A stretch of 33,415 nucleotides of DNA from a virus (lineage: Duplodnaviria > Caudoviricetes): the IMG/VR virus record IMGVR_UViG_3300005077_000120, positions 1-33,415 of that record; one strand, 5' to 3'. Below, one piece after another: positions 1 to 8,307 of this stretch. The notes below the pieces were generated by a model. It did not search any database, was not told where the DNA came from, and saw nothing but the letters and a program-made list of their open reading frames with translations. The position numbers and the translations under genes are program-made. The stretch's first letter is position 1; each line of letters starts with the position of its first letter.

Positions 1-198
1 GCCATGGCTATCTTCCTGGGCAAGCAGTACCTGGGACAGAGTGACCGGCCCGACCTGGAAAAAGAAGTCGAGCAGTTGAAGGCGTTCGTGGCTATCATGG
101 CGAGCACACTGCAGAAAATGAACCCTGATGAAAAAGAGAAGATCCTTGCAACAGCAGAACATCAGTGCCTTAATATGGGACTTCTTCGGGCAGTGTAG
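1..198 (+). CDS. terS: Terminase small subunit, C-terminal part (5' truncated by the window)
   Basis: AMAIFLGKQYLGQSD matches the (M)xIxLGKQYLGQ motif common at TerS C-termini; directly upstream of and overlapping TerL. Confidence 0.7.
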   Translation, partial: AMAIFLGKQYLGQSDRPDLEKEVEQLKAFVAIMASTLQKMNPDEKEKILATAEHQCLNMGLLRAV

Positions 199-1687
199 AG
201 CTGATACCTCAGCACTGACCTTTCCTGCCTGGGCTCAAGCAAACATCTGCATAAAGGGCACCCCCTTCTCCTTCAAAGGTCATGCGTACCTCGAACAAAT
301 CTATAGAGACACCTCCCCTGAGATAGTGCTCCAGAAGGCAGTGCAGATGGGTGCATCCATCTATGGAGTCACCCGGGCAATGCACTTGGCAGCAACCTAT
401 GGGGAGGCTGCCACCTATTTCATGCCCGTCAAACAGCTTGCCTTTGCCTTCTCAGGTGCCAGGGTCAGGGATGAGATCATCATGACCTCACCCTCCATCA
501 AGGCTCTCATGTCACAGGCATCCATTGATTGCGTGTCGGCCCGGCGTATCGGCAGGGGTGTGGTCAATTTCCGTGGGATGCAGACCGCAGTGGATACTCA
601 ATCTGACCCGGCTGATTTCGTCATCATAGATGAGTATGACCTCATCAAGGATCCCCGCAGGATCAATGAGGCAATAGACAGGCTCAGCCACAGTGAACGC
701 AAATGGAAACTCTTCATCGGCATCCCCTCCATAGATGACTGGGGCATTGATGCACGATTCAGGAAGAGCACTCAGCAGCACTGGCATCTGATATGCCCTG
801 GCTGTAACCATGAGCAGGATATGACTGCTGCATACCCTGACTGCCTGCAGATGCGAGAGGGGCAGATCCTCAGGGTGTGCATCAAGTGCTCCAGGGAGCT
901 TAACTGTCAACAGGGCATATGGGTGCCTCATGGCACAGGGGATGTGCAGGGGTATCACCTCAGCCAGTTATTCAGTGAGTATGCTGACCTTCAGGAGTTA
1001 TGGGAGAAGAGAGACTCAGGGCTCATGGATGAGAACTTCATGCGGCAGAAGCTGGGCAAGCCCTTTGTGGCTGCCGAGAACCGCTTGAGCCTGACTGAGC
1101 TGAATGCCTGCAGGAGGGAGTATACCTTTAACCTCCAGGCAGGCACCATCATGGGATGTGATACCGGCAAAAACTGGCATTATATCGTGTGCCAGAAGGA
1201 TGGGGAGTTATATAAAACAGTGAGCATGGGGGTGTGTGAGGATGGCAATGCCCTCGCACAGGTGATGAATACATACAATGTGAACAAGGCAGTCATTGAC
1301 CCTGGGGGTAATATCACCGCAGTGAAAGCCTTTGTCAATGCCCACGAGGGCAGGGCACTATGCTGCTATTACCATGCAAATGATAAGCAGCACATAGATT
1401 ATGATGACCGCAAGATGCAGGTCAATGCTCATAGGACAGCAACCCTGGATGAGAGCAATAACCTCATCAGGGGGCAAAAGTTACATCTGCCGATGCAGGG
1501 CAGTGCAGAGCTGGATGAGTTCAAAAGGCACTGTCTCAGCCTTGTGAGAACCAGAGAGGAAGATCCAGACACTGGCAAGATGCGTTTCACCTGGGTGCGC
1601 TCAGGTGCTGACCATTACCGGCATGCCTGGAACTATTGCTATATTGCAGGGCAGTGTGAGTCTGAGCCTGCCATCAGGATACTATAG
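128..1687 (+). CDS. terL: Terminase large subunit, lambda GpA-like
   Basis: VLQKAVQMGAS (GpA-type Walker A), FVIIDEYD (Walker B), CPGC...CIKC zinc ribbon, MGCDTG and DHYRHAWNY nuclease motifs. Start codon uncertain. Confidence 0.9.
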   Translation: MKKRRSLQQQNISALIWDFFGQCRADTSALTFPAWAQANICIKGTPFSFKGHAYLEQIYRDTSPEIVLQKAVQMGASIYGVTRAMHLAATYGEAATYFMPVKQLAFAFSGARVRDEIIMTSPSIKALMSQASIDCVSARRIGRGVVNFRGMQTAVDTQSDPADFVIIDEYDLIKDPRRINEAIDRLSHSERKWKLFIGIPSIDDWGIDARFRKSTQQHWHLICPGCNHEQDMTAAYPDCLQMREGQILRVCIKCSRELNCQQGIWVPHGTGDVQGYHLSQLFSEYADLQELWEKRDSGLMDENFMRQKLGKPFVAAENRLSLTELNACRREYTFNLQAGTIMGCDTGKNWHYIVCQKDGELYKTVSMGVCEDGNALAQVMNTYNVNKAVIDPGGNITAVKAFVNAHEGRALCCYYHANDKQHIDYDDRKMQVNAHRTATLDESNNLIRGQKLHLPMQGSAELDEFKRHCLSLVRTREEDPDTGKMRFTWVRSGADHYRHAWNYCYIAGQCESEPAIRIL

Positions 1688-1697
1688 GAGATCCCCT

Positions 1698-3905
1698 ATG
1701 TTCGATACCATGAAAGCCCGATTGCTCAAATGGGTATACCCTGATATTGAGCAGTTTCCGATGATGATGAAGTCATACCTAGAGGCAGTCTCCAAGTACG
1801 ACAGCAATCAGGTGCAGACCCCCGTCATGAACTTCCGCACTGCAGCAGATGAGGGATACAAGAGGAGCATATGGGTGTATCGGTGCGTCAATGAGATTGC
1901 AAAACGCATGACCTCAGTGAAGTGGGGGCTCTATACCCTGAACAATGCAGGGGAAAAAGAGGAAGTGCTCTCAGCCCACCCGATGAAAGCCCTTTTGGAA
2001 AAACCGAACAGGAATAATACCTGGACACAGTTCGTGAGGATGCACTGCATCTTCAAACAGGTCAGTGGCAACGACTACCTGGATATATCTGAGCGGGTGG
2101 GCATGGGCAAGAAGAGCAAGATCCCCACTGCCATGTATCACCTCAGACCTGACAGGATCTGGATACAGCCGAATGAGGATGGCACCGTAAAGTATTTCCT
2201 CAGGTATGGCAGCACTGACAAAGAGATCCCATTTGAGGATGTGGTGCATTGCTCATACTTTGACCCCTCTGATGATTACTATGGACTGAGCCCTCTTTAT
2301 GTGGGTGGTAATTTGGTAGATGCCACCAACTCAGCGAATCAGTTCAATAAATACATGTTCCAGAATCAAGCCCGCCCCAGTGGGTTCCTCCAGACTGAGG
2401 ATAAGCTGGGTGACACTGCATTCAAGAGACTGCAAGAGATGATCCAGGGTATGATGGGCACGAAGAACAATGGCAAGCCTGTCATCCTGGAGGCAGGGCT
2501 CAAGTGGGTGCAGCAACAGCTCAGCCAGAAGGATTGTGATTACCTGGGATTCCTCAGGATGAGCCGGGAAGATATCTGCGGTCTGTATGGAGTGCCTCCC
2601 ATCATCGTGGGCATCCTGGATAGGGCAACCTACAGCAATTATAGAGAAGCAAACCCCATCCTGTGGGAGCAGACTGTGCTCCCTGCATGTGATGAGTTCA
2701 GGGATGATATCAATAAGGGCATCACCTCTCTTTTCGAGGATGGCACCTTCGTTGATTATGATGCATCAGCCATCTCAGCCCTCAAGGAAAATGAGGATGC
2801 AGTGCATACCAGGGCCAGGGAGGATTACAAAGCAGGGCTCATCACCCGCAATGAGGCAAGGCAGGAAACAGGGAGAGATCCTGATCCTGACCCTGAGCAG
2901 GGTGATGCATACTTCTCCCCCGCCCCGGCAGTGAGTGCATTCCCTGGGAGACAACCCCAGGAAGATGCCAGCACCCCTGAGGAGGATCTGGCATTGCTCG
3001 AGGCAGGTAAAAAAAAAGCCTATATCCAGGTGATAGAATACAAGGCAAAGATCATCAATGCCTCCCCTTCAGAGGTTACTCAATACCTGAGCGTAGTGGA
3101 GAAGAGGAAAGAGAGGACTATTGACAGGGGCAAGAGACTGCTCACCCCCATCCTCTCAGCCGCATACCAACAGGCAGAGAAGCAGATCAGGGCCTCAGAC
3201 AGGCCGAAACCTGAGCAGATAGCCTCCAGCATCATGAAGGAGCATAAAGAGGCTTTAAAGGGGTTTTATAAAGACTTCTATTCAAACAGCATCCTTTACT
3301 TCGGGAATCACACCCTTGCTGACCTGAAAGCCTCAGTCAAGGGGCTCAGCCTCCCCAGGGAATACAAGGATGATCAGCTCAGTCAACTGTCAGAGCTGAG
3401 TGACAATGCTCTGCAGTGGATTGCAGAGATGACAGGTGAGCAGGTCACAAAGGTGGCTGATACCACTAAGCAGCAAATCAAGCATGCTATTGCTGATGGA
3501 TTGCTGACAGGGGCAACCACTGCTGAGATTGCTGAGAGCATCCTGGAGATGCAAGAGATCAGCACGATGTTCAGGGCTGAGCTGATAGCAGTAACCGAGA
3601 GTCACATCCTCTGCAATGCCGGTAACTATTATGGCATGGAGAGCACCGGCCTGGGAGACTACCTCAAGAAACTCTGGCACACTGCAGCAGATCAGCATGT
3701 CAGGAAGTCACACAATGCCATGCAGGGGCAGAAGAAGAAGTTCAGTGAGCCCTTCACTACCGGCAGAGGCTATAAAATGCTGTTCCCAGGCGACAGCAGC
3801 ATGGGAGCACCCGGCAGCGAGATCATCAGGTGCAGATGTGCACAGACATATGACACAACAGATATCGGTGGTCTGGTGGATGAGCTGAGCCATGTAATGA
3901 GCTGA
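1698..3905 (+). CDS. HK97-family portal protein fused to a Mu gpF/SPP1 gp7-like head morphogenesis domain
   Basis: AGGAG at 1686-1690 supports ATG 1698 rather than 1605. Portal motifs VYRCVNEIA, SGNDY, YYGLSPL, ICGLYGVPP, GLITRNEAR; C-terminal gpF motifs RAELIAVTES, KKLWHTAADQHVRKSH, PGD...EIIRCRC. Confidence 0.92.
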   Translation: MFDTMKARLLKWVYPDIEQFPMMMKSYLEAVSKYDSNQVQTPVMNFRTAADEGYKRSIWVYRCVNEIAKRMTSVKWGLYTLNNAGEKEEVLSAHPMKALLEKPNRNNTWTQFVRMHCIFKQVSGNDYLDISERVGMGKKSKIPTAMYHLRPDRIWIQPNEDGTVKYFLRYGSTDKEIPFEDVVHCSYFDPSDDYYGLSPLYVGGNLVDATNSANQFNKYMFQNQARPSGFLQTEDKLGDTAFKRLQEMIQGMMGTKNNGKPVILEAGLKWVQQQLSQKDCDYLGFLRMSREDICGLYGVPPIIVGILDRATYSNYREANPILWEQTVLPACDEFRDDINKGITSLFEDGTFVDYDASAISALKENEDAVHTRAREDYKAGLITRNEARQETGRDPDPDPEQGDAYFSPAPAVSAFPGRQPQEDASTPEEDLALLEAGKKKAYIQVIEYKAKIINASPSEVTQYLSVVEKRKERTIDRGKRLLTPILSAAYQQAEKQIRASDRPKPEQIASSIMKEHKEALKGFYKDFYSNSILYFGNHTLADLKASVKGLSLPREYKDDQLSQLSELSDNALQWIAEMTGEQVTKVADTTKQQIKHAIADGLLTGATTAEIAESILEMQEISTMFRAELIAVTESHILCNAGNYYGMESTGLGDYLKKLWHTAADQHVRKSHNAMQGQKKKFSEPFTTGRGYKMLFPGDSSMGAPGSEIIRCRCAQTYDTTDIGGLVDELSHVMS

Positions 3906-3930
3906 GCCCTCCGGTAATACCGGATAACTG

Positions 3931-3962
3931 AGAGTCAGGGAATCCCTGGCTCTTTTTATTTT
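3931..3962 (+). terminator. Rho-independent terminator-like hairpin after the portal gene
   Basis: AGAGTCAGGG-AAT-CCCTGGCTCT followed by TTTTATTTT. Confidence 0.65.
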
Positions 3963-3974
3963 CAGGAGGTAACT

Positions 3975-4856
3975 ATGAATCACAAAGCATTCCCCTTCGA
4001 GGTTAAGGATGTGGACAGTGCTCAGGGTAAATTCACCGGCCATGCTGCCACTTTTGATAATGAAGATCTCGGCGGGGATGTAGTCAGCCGGGGGGCATTC
4101 AGCAAAACCCTCAAAGAGAACGGCAACAGAGGTTTCAAAGTGTATTACAACCACGGCAAGGGCGGGGAACCCCCTGTGGGTATCACCACCACCGCAAAGG
4201 CTGATGACCAGGGCCTGTATGTAGAAGGGCAGTTGTTCGTGCAGAAACAGAGACTGGCTCAGGATCTCATTGAGCCACTGTTGCACAAGGCCATCAAGGA
4301 TATGTCCTTCGGGTATGACACCATCAAACAGACCTTCAAGCAGGGTGTGCGATATCTTACTGAGCTGAAACTGTATGAGGTTTCCCTGGTTGACTGGCCG
4401 ATGAACCCCTCCTCTCAGGTGCTCTCAGTCAAGAGCCTGGGCACAGAGAACAAATACACCGATTTTGCCCTCACCCTGGAACAGTCAGCAATGTATGAGG
4501 CACCCTTCAAGATGCTCCAGGCCATGGAGAGAGCCATCATGAGCATCTTCTGTGACCCTGAGCTGAAAGAAGATGAGATCTACCAACTGGCTCAGGATTC
4601 CCTGCTGCAGTTCGACAGCCACTTCTCAGCCTTCCTGGATAGAGCATATCAGGGTGGCTATCTCAAAGAGCATGCACTCCTCAAGGAGTTCAAAGATACC
4701 GTAAAATCAGCCACTGCAACACTCATGCACCCGCAGGCACCGGAGAGCGCTCCCCCTGCAGTGCCAGCCGATGCAGAGGTGATTACCGGGCTCAATGCCC
4801 TCCTGGAAGAGTTGGATGCAAGGCTGCACAGACTCAATAAAATCACGGAGGTATAA
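3975..4856 (+). CDS. HK97-family prohead protease with C-terminal extension
   Basis: FTGHAATFDNEDLGGDVVSRGAF, YYNH, DDQGLYVEG, MSFGY, LYEVSLVDWPMNP; AGGAGG RBS. Confidence 0.93.
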   Translation: MNHKAFPFEVKDVDSAQGKFTGHAATFDNEDLGGDVVSRGAFSKTLKENGNRGFKVYYNHGKGGEPPVGITTTAKADDQGLYVEGQLFVQKQRLAQDLIEPLLHKAIKDMSFGYDTIKQTFKQGVRYLTELKLYEVSLVDWPMNPSSQVLSVKSLGTENKYTDFALTLEQSAMYEAPFKMLQAMERAIMSIFCDPELKEDEIYQLAQDSLLQFDSHFSAFLDRAYQGGYLKEHALLKEFKDTVKSATATLMHPQAPESAPPAVPADAEVITGLNALLEELDARLHRLNKITEV

Positions 4857-4862
4857 GGACAA

Positions 4863-6221
4863 ATGGAAAAGATGCTACAGACTATTACAGAAAAGATGGA
4901 TGGCTTTAACAAAGCCCTCGCGGACATTCAGTCCAAGGTGGAAGAAAAGAACGTCCAGGCTCAGCGGCAGGGCGTTGCTGACCCCATCACCAGGGAAGAG
5001 CTGAAGAGACTGCATGAGCAGGCTGACCGCATGGAGCAGAAATACACTGAGGCCATTGAAGAGCAGAAGAAACAGGCCCAGGCGATACACTCCAGCCTGC
5101 AGGAAGTCATGGAGCAGAAGAGAGCAGCCACTGCTGCCGAGAAGTCTCAGCTCCCCGGGCTGGAAGCAATCCCGGCTCTCATCAGGGGTATGGCTCACGG
5201 TGACTGGGGCAGGGAAAGGGAATACAAGAGCCTGCTCAAACACATGCGGTATGCCGGTGATGGCCCTGACCGTGGCAAGGCAATTCTTGCTGATGAGCTT
5301 TCTACCACCTACGGCAGTTACCTCATCCCTGAGACATGGAGCAATCAGATGATCCCCATGATCTACAATGCAACCATATTCAACAAACTCCCGACTGTAA
5401 AGTATCAGCCCACAGGCGGGACAGTCAGATTCCCAAAAATGAGCAGTGGTGCCACAGCATACATGGTGGGCAGCACAACTGCCATCACCACCAGTGCACC
5501 GATATTCACCCAGGCAAACATGGAACCCCATAAAATCGGTGTGCTCTGCCCGGTCGACAATCAGCTTGTTCGCAGGGCTGATCCGATGGTTGAGCAGATC
5601 CTCAGAGAGGACATGATGAAGGTTGCTGGCCTCAAGCTGGAAGATCAGTTCCTGACCGGCACCGGTGGTGACCCGAACATTGACGGCCTTGACATTCAGT
5701 CAGGCATCCAGAACATCCTCATGGCCTCGCCTGATGGTGCAAAGTTCACTGCCAGCAATAACATTGACAAACTGATGCAGCTCCCCCGGTACGTTGAGGC
5801 TGCCGGTGGCATCTTCGAGGCATGGATAATGGCTGCCAGGACAAAGTGGGATCTGCGTGAAGTGAAAGACACTACCGGCCATTACCTGCTCACCCTGGCA
5901 ACCAATGCAGGAGATCCCCCGTTGCTTCTCGGCTATCCGTACCACATCACCAATGCCATCAGCACTGCTCAGACAGTCGGTGCTAAATCAGACTGCAGCA
6001 CCATCTATGGTGGTCAGTGGTCAAATGTTGTGACGGCCATATGGACGGGCATGGAAATTGTCGCCAGCAAAGAGGGCTCATATGCAGTCTCTGGCACAAC
6101 CTATTCCTGCCTGCAGGAAGATACCTGCGCATTCAGGCTCATCCTTGAGGCTGATGTGCTCTATCGGCAGCCGACCACTATCGGCAAGATCAGGGGCATC
6201 AGACCGAATGACGGAGCATAA
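4863..6221 (+). CDS. Major capsid protein, HK97 fold, with N-terminal coiled-coil scaffold domain
   Basis: Follows the protease. Coiled-coil N-terminus, GSYLIPE, EDQFLTGTG, LREVKDTTGHYL, LLGYPYHIT. Confidence 0.92.
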   Translation: MEKMLQTITEKMDGFNKALADIQSKVEEKNVQAQRQGVADPITREELKRLHEQADRMEQKYTEAIEEQKKQAQAIHSSLQEVMEQKRAATAAEKSQLPGLEAIPALIRGMAHGDWGREREYKSLLKHMRYAGDGPDRGKAILADELSTTYGSYLIPETWSNQMIPMIYNATIFNKLPTVKYQPTGGTVRFPKMSSGATAYMVGSTTAITTSAPIFTQANMEPHKIGVLCPVDNQLVRRADPMVEQILREDMMKVAGLKLEDQFLTGTGGDPNIDGLDIQSGIQNILMASPDGAKFTASNNIDKLMQLPRYVEAAGGIFEAWIMAARTKWDLREVKDTTGHYLLTLATNAGDPPLLLGYPYHITNAISTAQTVGAKSDCSTIYGGQWSNVVTAIWTGMEIVASKEGSYAVSGTTYSCLQEDTCAFRLILEADVLYRQPTTIGKIRGIRPNDGA

Positions 6222-6258
6222 TACAGGGCGTTTATAGCTCCCTTGCTCACCTCCCCCG

Positions 6259-6283
6259 GAGAGGGGTGCCTCTGACCCCTCTC
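6259..6283 (+). promoter_or_regulatory. Late-region hairpin, copy 1 (loop GCCTCTG)
   Basis: GAGAGGGGT-GCCTCTG-ACCCCTCTC just after the capsid stop codon. Confidence 0.6.
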
Positions 6284-6314
6284 TCCTCAACCCTCTATAA
6301 GGAGGCACACACCA

Positions 6315-6647
6315 ATGAGTGTAGGCAAAACAGATAATTATGCAGTGAGTGCATTTAACGTGGCATATATTGACCTTGCAGGCTATCAGCCCATGCCCGG
6401 TATGTGGGCAATGGATGCAGGGGAGATCATCACTGCCACCACGAGACTTACCGGGTGTCATAAGGTGACTCTCAAGGGCTCAGATGACTTTCAGATTGTT
6501 GATCCTGATGAGGCCCAGGGATTTCCTGTAGATGGTGACCTGGGGTTGCAGATTCAGGTCAATGATCAGGTGCCCATGGATATCAGACTGGGGTGCAAGC
6601 AGGGTGCTGTTGCAGACGTAACTGTGTTCATGTTTGAGGAGGTATAA
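6315..6647 (+). CDS. Hypothetical protein, possibly a head accessory protein
   Basis: AAGGAGG RBS; lies between capsid and connector genes; stop overlaps the next start (TAATG). Confidence 0.7.
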   Translation: MSVGKTDNYAVSAFNVAYIDLAGYQPMPGMWAMDAGEIITATTRLTGCHKVTLKGSDDFQIVDPDEAQGFPVDGDLGLQIQVNDQVPMDIRLGCKQGAVADVTVFMFEEV

Positions 6648-7123
6648 TGTCCTACACTCCCGTGATGGCAACCTCTGCTGAGATAATGGCATTCAATAAA
6701 GATCAGAGTGCTGACTCCTTTGGGCTCTTGCAGTCGGAATGGGAGACAGCCTTTGAGGTGCTGCATGCAGCAGTGGAGGGCACCATCCTGCAATACATGA
6801 ACAGGACAGAGCTGACAGCAGCAGACCTTGCCGGGTCAGGATACAGCGTCATGGCGGCAGTGCTGAAGGCTGCAGTCATTATGTATTTCTCAAACTGGTT
6901 CATGTGGATGAAGTCAGCAAAGCAGGGAAGGGTTGTCAGTGTCACTGAAGGGCTGGCATATCTTCAGGAGCCAAAGATTTTCAGTCAGCAGATCAAGGAT
7001 ATGCTCAATCCTTACCGCTTCCCCATGGGCGGAGCAGTGAGCCCTGCTGATGAGGATTCAGATGGTGATGGAGTCACTGATGAGATCACCTATCAGTATT
7101 CGGAAGGTGAGTATAGTGCCTGA
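6647..7123 (+). CDS. Putative head-tail connector/adaptor
   Basis: Position, helical character, ILQYMNR and the C-terminal IKDMLNPYR motif typical of gp6/gp15-like adaptors. Confidence 0.65.
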   Translation: MSYTPVMATSAEIMAFNKDQSADSFGLLQSEWETAFEVLHAAVEGTILQYMNRTELTAADLAGSGYSVMAAVLKAAVIMYFSNWFMWMKSAKQGRVVSVTEGLAYLQEPKIFSQQIKDMLNPYRFPMGGAVSPADEDSDGDGVTDEITYQYSEGEYSA

Positions 7124-7664
7124 TGCAATAGTCATTGATCTCTCTCAGCTCAGCAAGATCACTGCTGCCCTGACCCCTGCTCAGATACCCACCTTACTGA
7201 ATGCAGTGGTGTTAGTGGCAGGCATTGATGCCCGGTCACTGGCAGTGCCTCAGGTGCCTGTCAGTGATGGCTGGATGTTTAAGAACAGCACCATCGGCAA
7301 AAAGACAGGGGGCAGGCTCAGAGCATCCATCCAGGGAGGAGCAGAGGGAGTTTTCAGGCATGACCCCGGGAAACATGAGCTACACTTTGGCACGAATGTA
7401 AAGTATGCAGGTGCCATCCTCTGTATTGATGACCGCTCAAAGGGCAATCCCTTCACCATCAGGGCAAAGAGGGCACCTTTCCTGGTGTTCCCCATCGGCC
7501 CGAAAACAGTAGTGAGAACAAAGTCAGTCGTGCATCCCGGTGCCAAGAATATCACCGGGAAGGGCAGTGACAAACCCCTCTTTGAGCGGGTGGCTGGAAC
7601 GATTGAGAGCAACGCTGAAAAGTATATTAAAAACGTAGCTGCAAAACTCCCTCTCTTCAAATGA
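7116..7664 (+). CDS. HK97 gp10-like / virion morphogenesis (neck) protein
   Basis: VPVSDG...GGRLRASI, FGTNVKYA, VVHPG motifs. GTG at 7116 with GGAAGGTG upstream is preferred to 7050. Confidence 0.75.
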   Translation: MPDAIVIDLSQLSKITAALTPAQIPTLLNAVVLVAGIDARSLAVPQVPVSDGWMFKNSTIGKKTGGRLRASIQGGAEGVFRHDPGKHELHFGTNVKYAGAILCIDDRSKGNPFTIRAKRAPFLVFPIGPKTVVRTKSVVHPGAKNITGKGSDKPLFERVAGTIESNAEKYIKNVAAKLPLFK

Positions 7665-7679
7665 TTAAGGGGGTGCAAT

Positions 7680-7793
7680 ATGACATGCAAGCAGTGCGGC
7701 AAAGCCTCTCCTGAGGCATTTGCCTTTGTGTTAGTAGGTAAGGAGTGGATGTGCTGGGAGTGTTACTGTCGGCACGAAGGGGGCAGCAAGTGA
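7680..7793 (+). CDS. 37-aa zinc-finger microprotein (not in the ORF track)
   Basis: MTCKQCGKASPEAFAFVLVGKEWMCWECYCRHEGGSK; AAGGGGG RBS; stop overlaps the GTG of the next gene (GTGA). Confidence 0.7.
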   Translation: MTCKQCGKASPEAFAFVLVGKEWMCWECYCRHEGGSK

Positions 7794-8296
7794 GTTCCTG
7801 GGACACCATAAAGACCATCATTGACAACCTGCAGGCTGCCCTGAAGGCAGTGCCTGAGCTGACAGATCAGGTATACTCATTCTGCTTCCCCGGGCTCTCT
7901 GTGGCTAATGACCCCACTTCTCTGGATGTGCGCCGGGTCATCCTGGGGGCAAAGAGCCTTCAGGATCTGGTGTTCCCGCAGTGTAATATCATCCTGGTGG
8001 CTGACAAGATAGAGACTATCACCTCAGCCCAGGAGGAGCACAATATCAATGCCAGGATAGTGACCATCCACAAGGATCACACCTCTATCCTGGGGGGCAG
8101 TTACGCTGCCCTGAAACTGGCATATGATGTGAAGGATGCCCTGTATGCATCCCTGTACGGGGGCAGAACCCGCACCCTGGGGAATGCCTGCAATGACATT
8201 TTTGTCACTGACATTCAAATGGAAAATGAACCCATCCCTGATCAGGCATGGGTACACTGGATATATCAGAGCGTTAATATTCGTAAAAGATTTTAA
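7790..8296 (+). CDS. Putative tail terminator / tail completion protein
   Basis: Directly upstream of the tail tube; size and the FPQCNI and VKDALY...RTLGN pattern fit. Start GTG 7790 is coupled to the upstream stop. Confidence 0.6.
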   Translation: MSSWDTIKTIIDNLQAALKAVPELTDQVYSFCFPGLSVANDPTSLDVRRVILGAKSLQDLVFPQCNIILVADKIETITSAQEEHNINARIVTIHKDHTSILGGSYAALKLAYDVKDALYASLYGGRTRTLGNACNDIFVTDIQMENEPIPDQAWVHWIYQSVNIRKRF

Positions 8297-8307
8297 GGAG
8301 GTATATT

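Noticed and set aside
1605-1697. ORF-track 5' extensions (also 7050, 7745, 10178, 16792, 18376, 22488, 23566, 29667, 30373)
   Set aside because: Downstream starts have better RBS or translational coupling, and the extensions overlap upstream genes or hairpins.
2876-2898. GATCCT-like short tandem repeat in the portal gene
   Set aside because: It simply encodes the DPDPDPE linker; short and imperfect.
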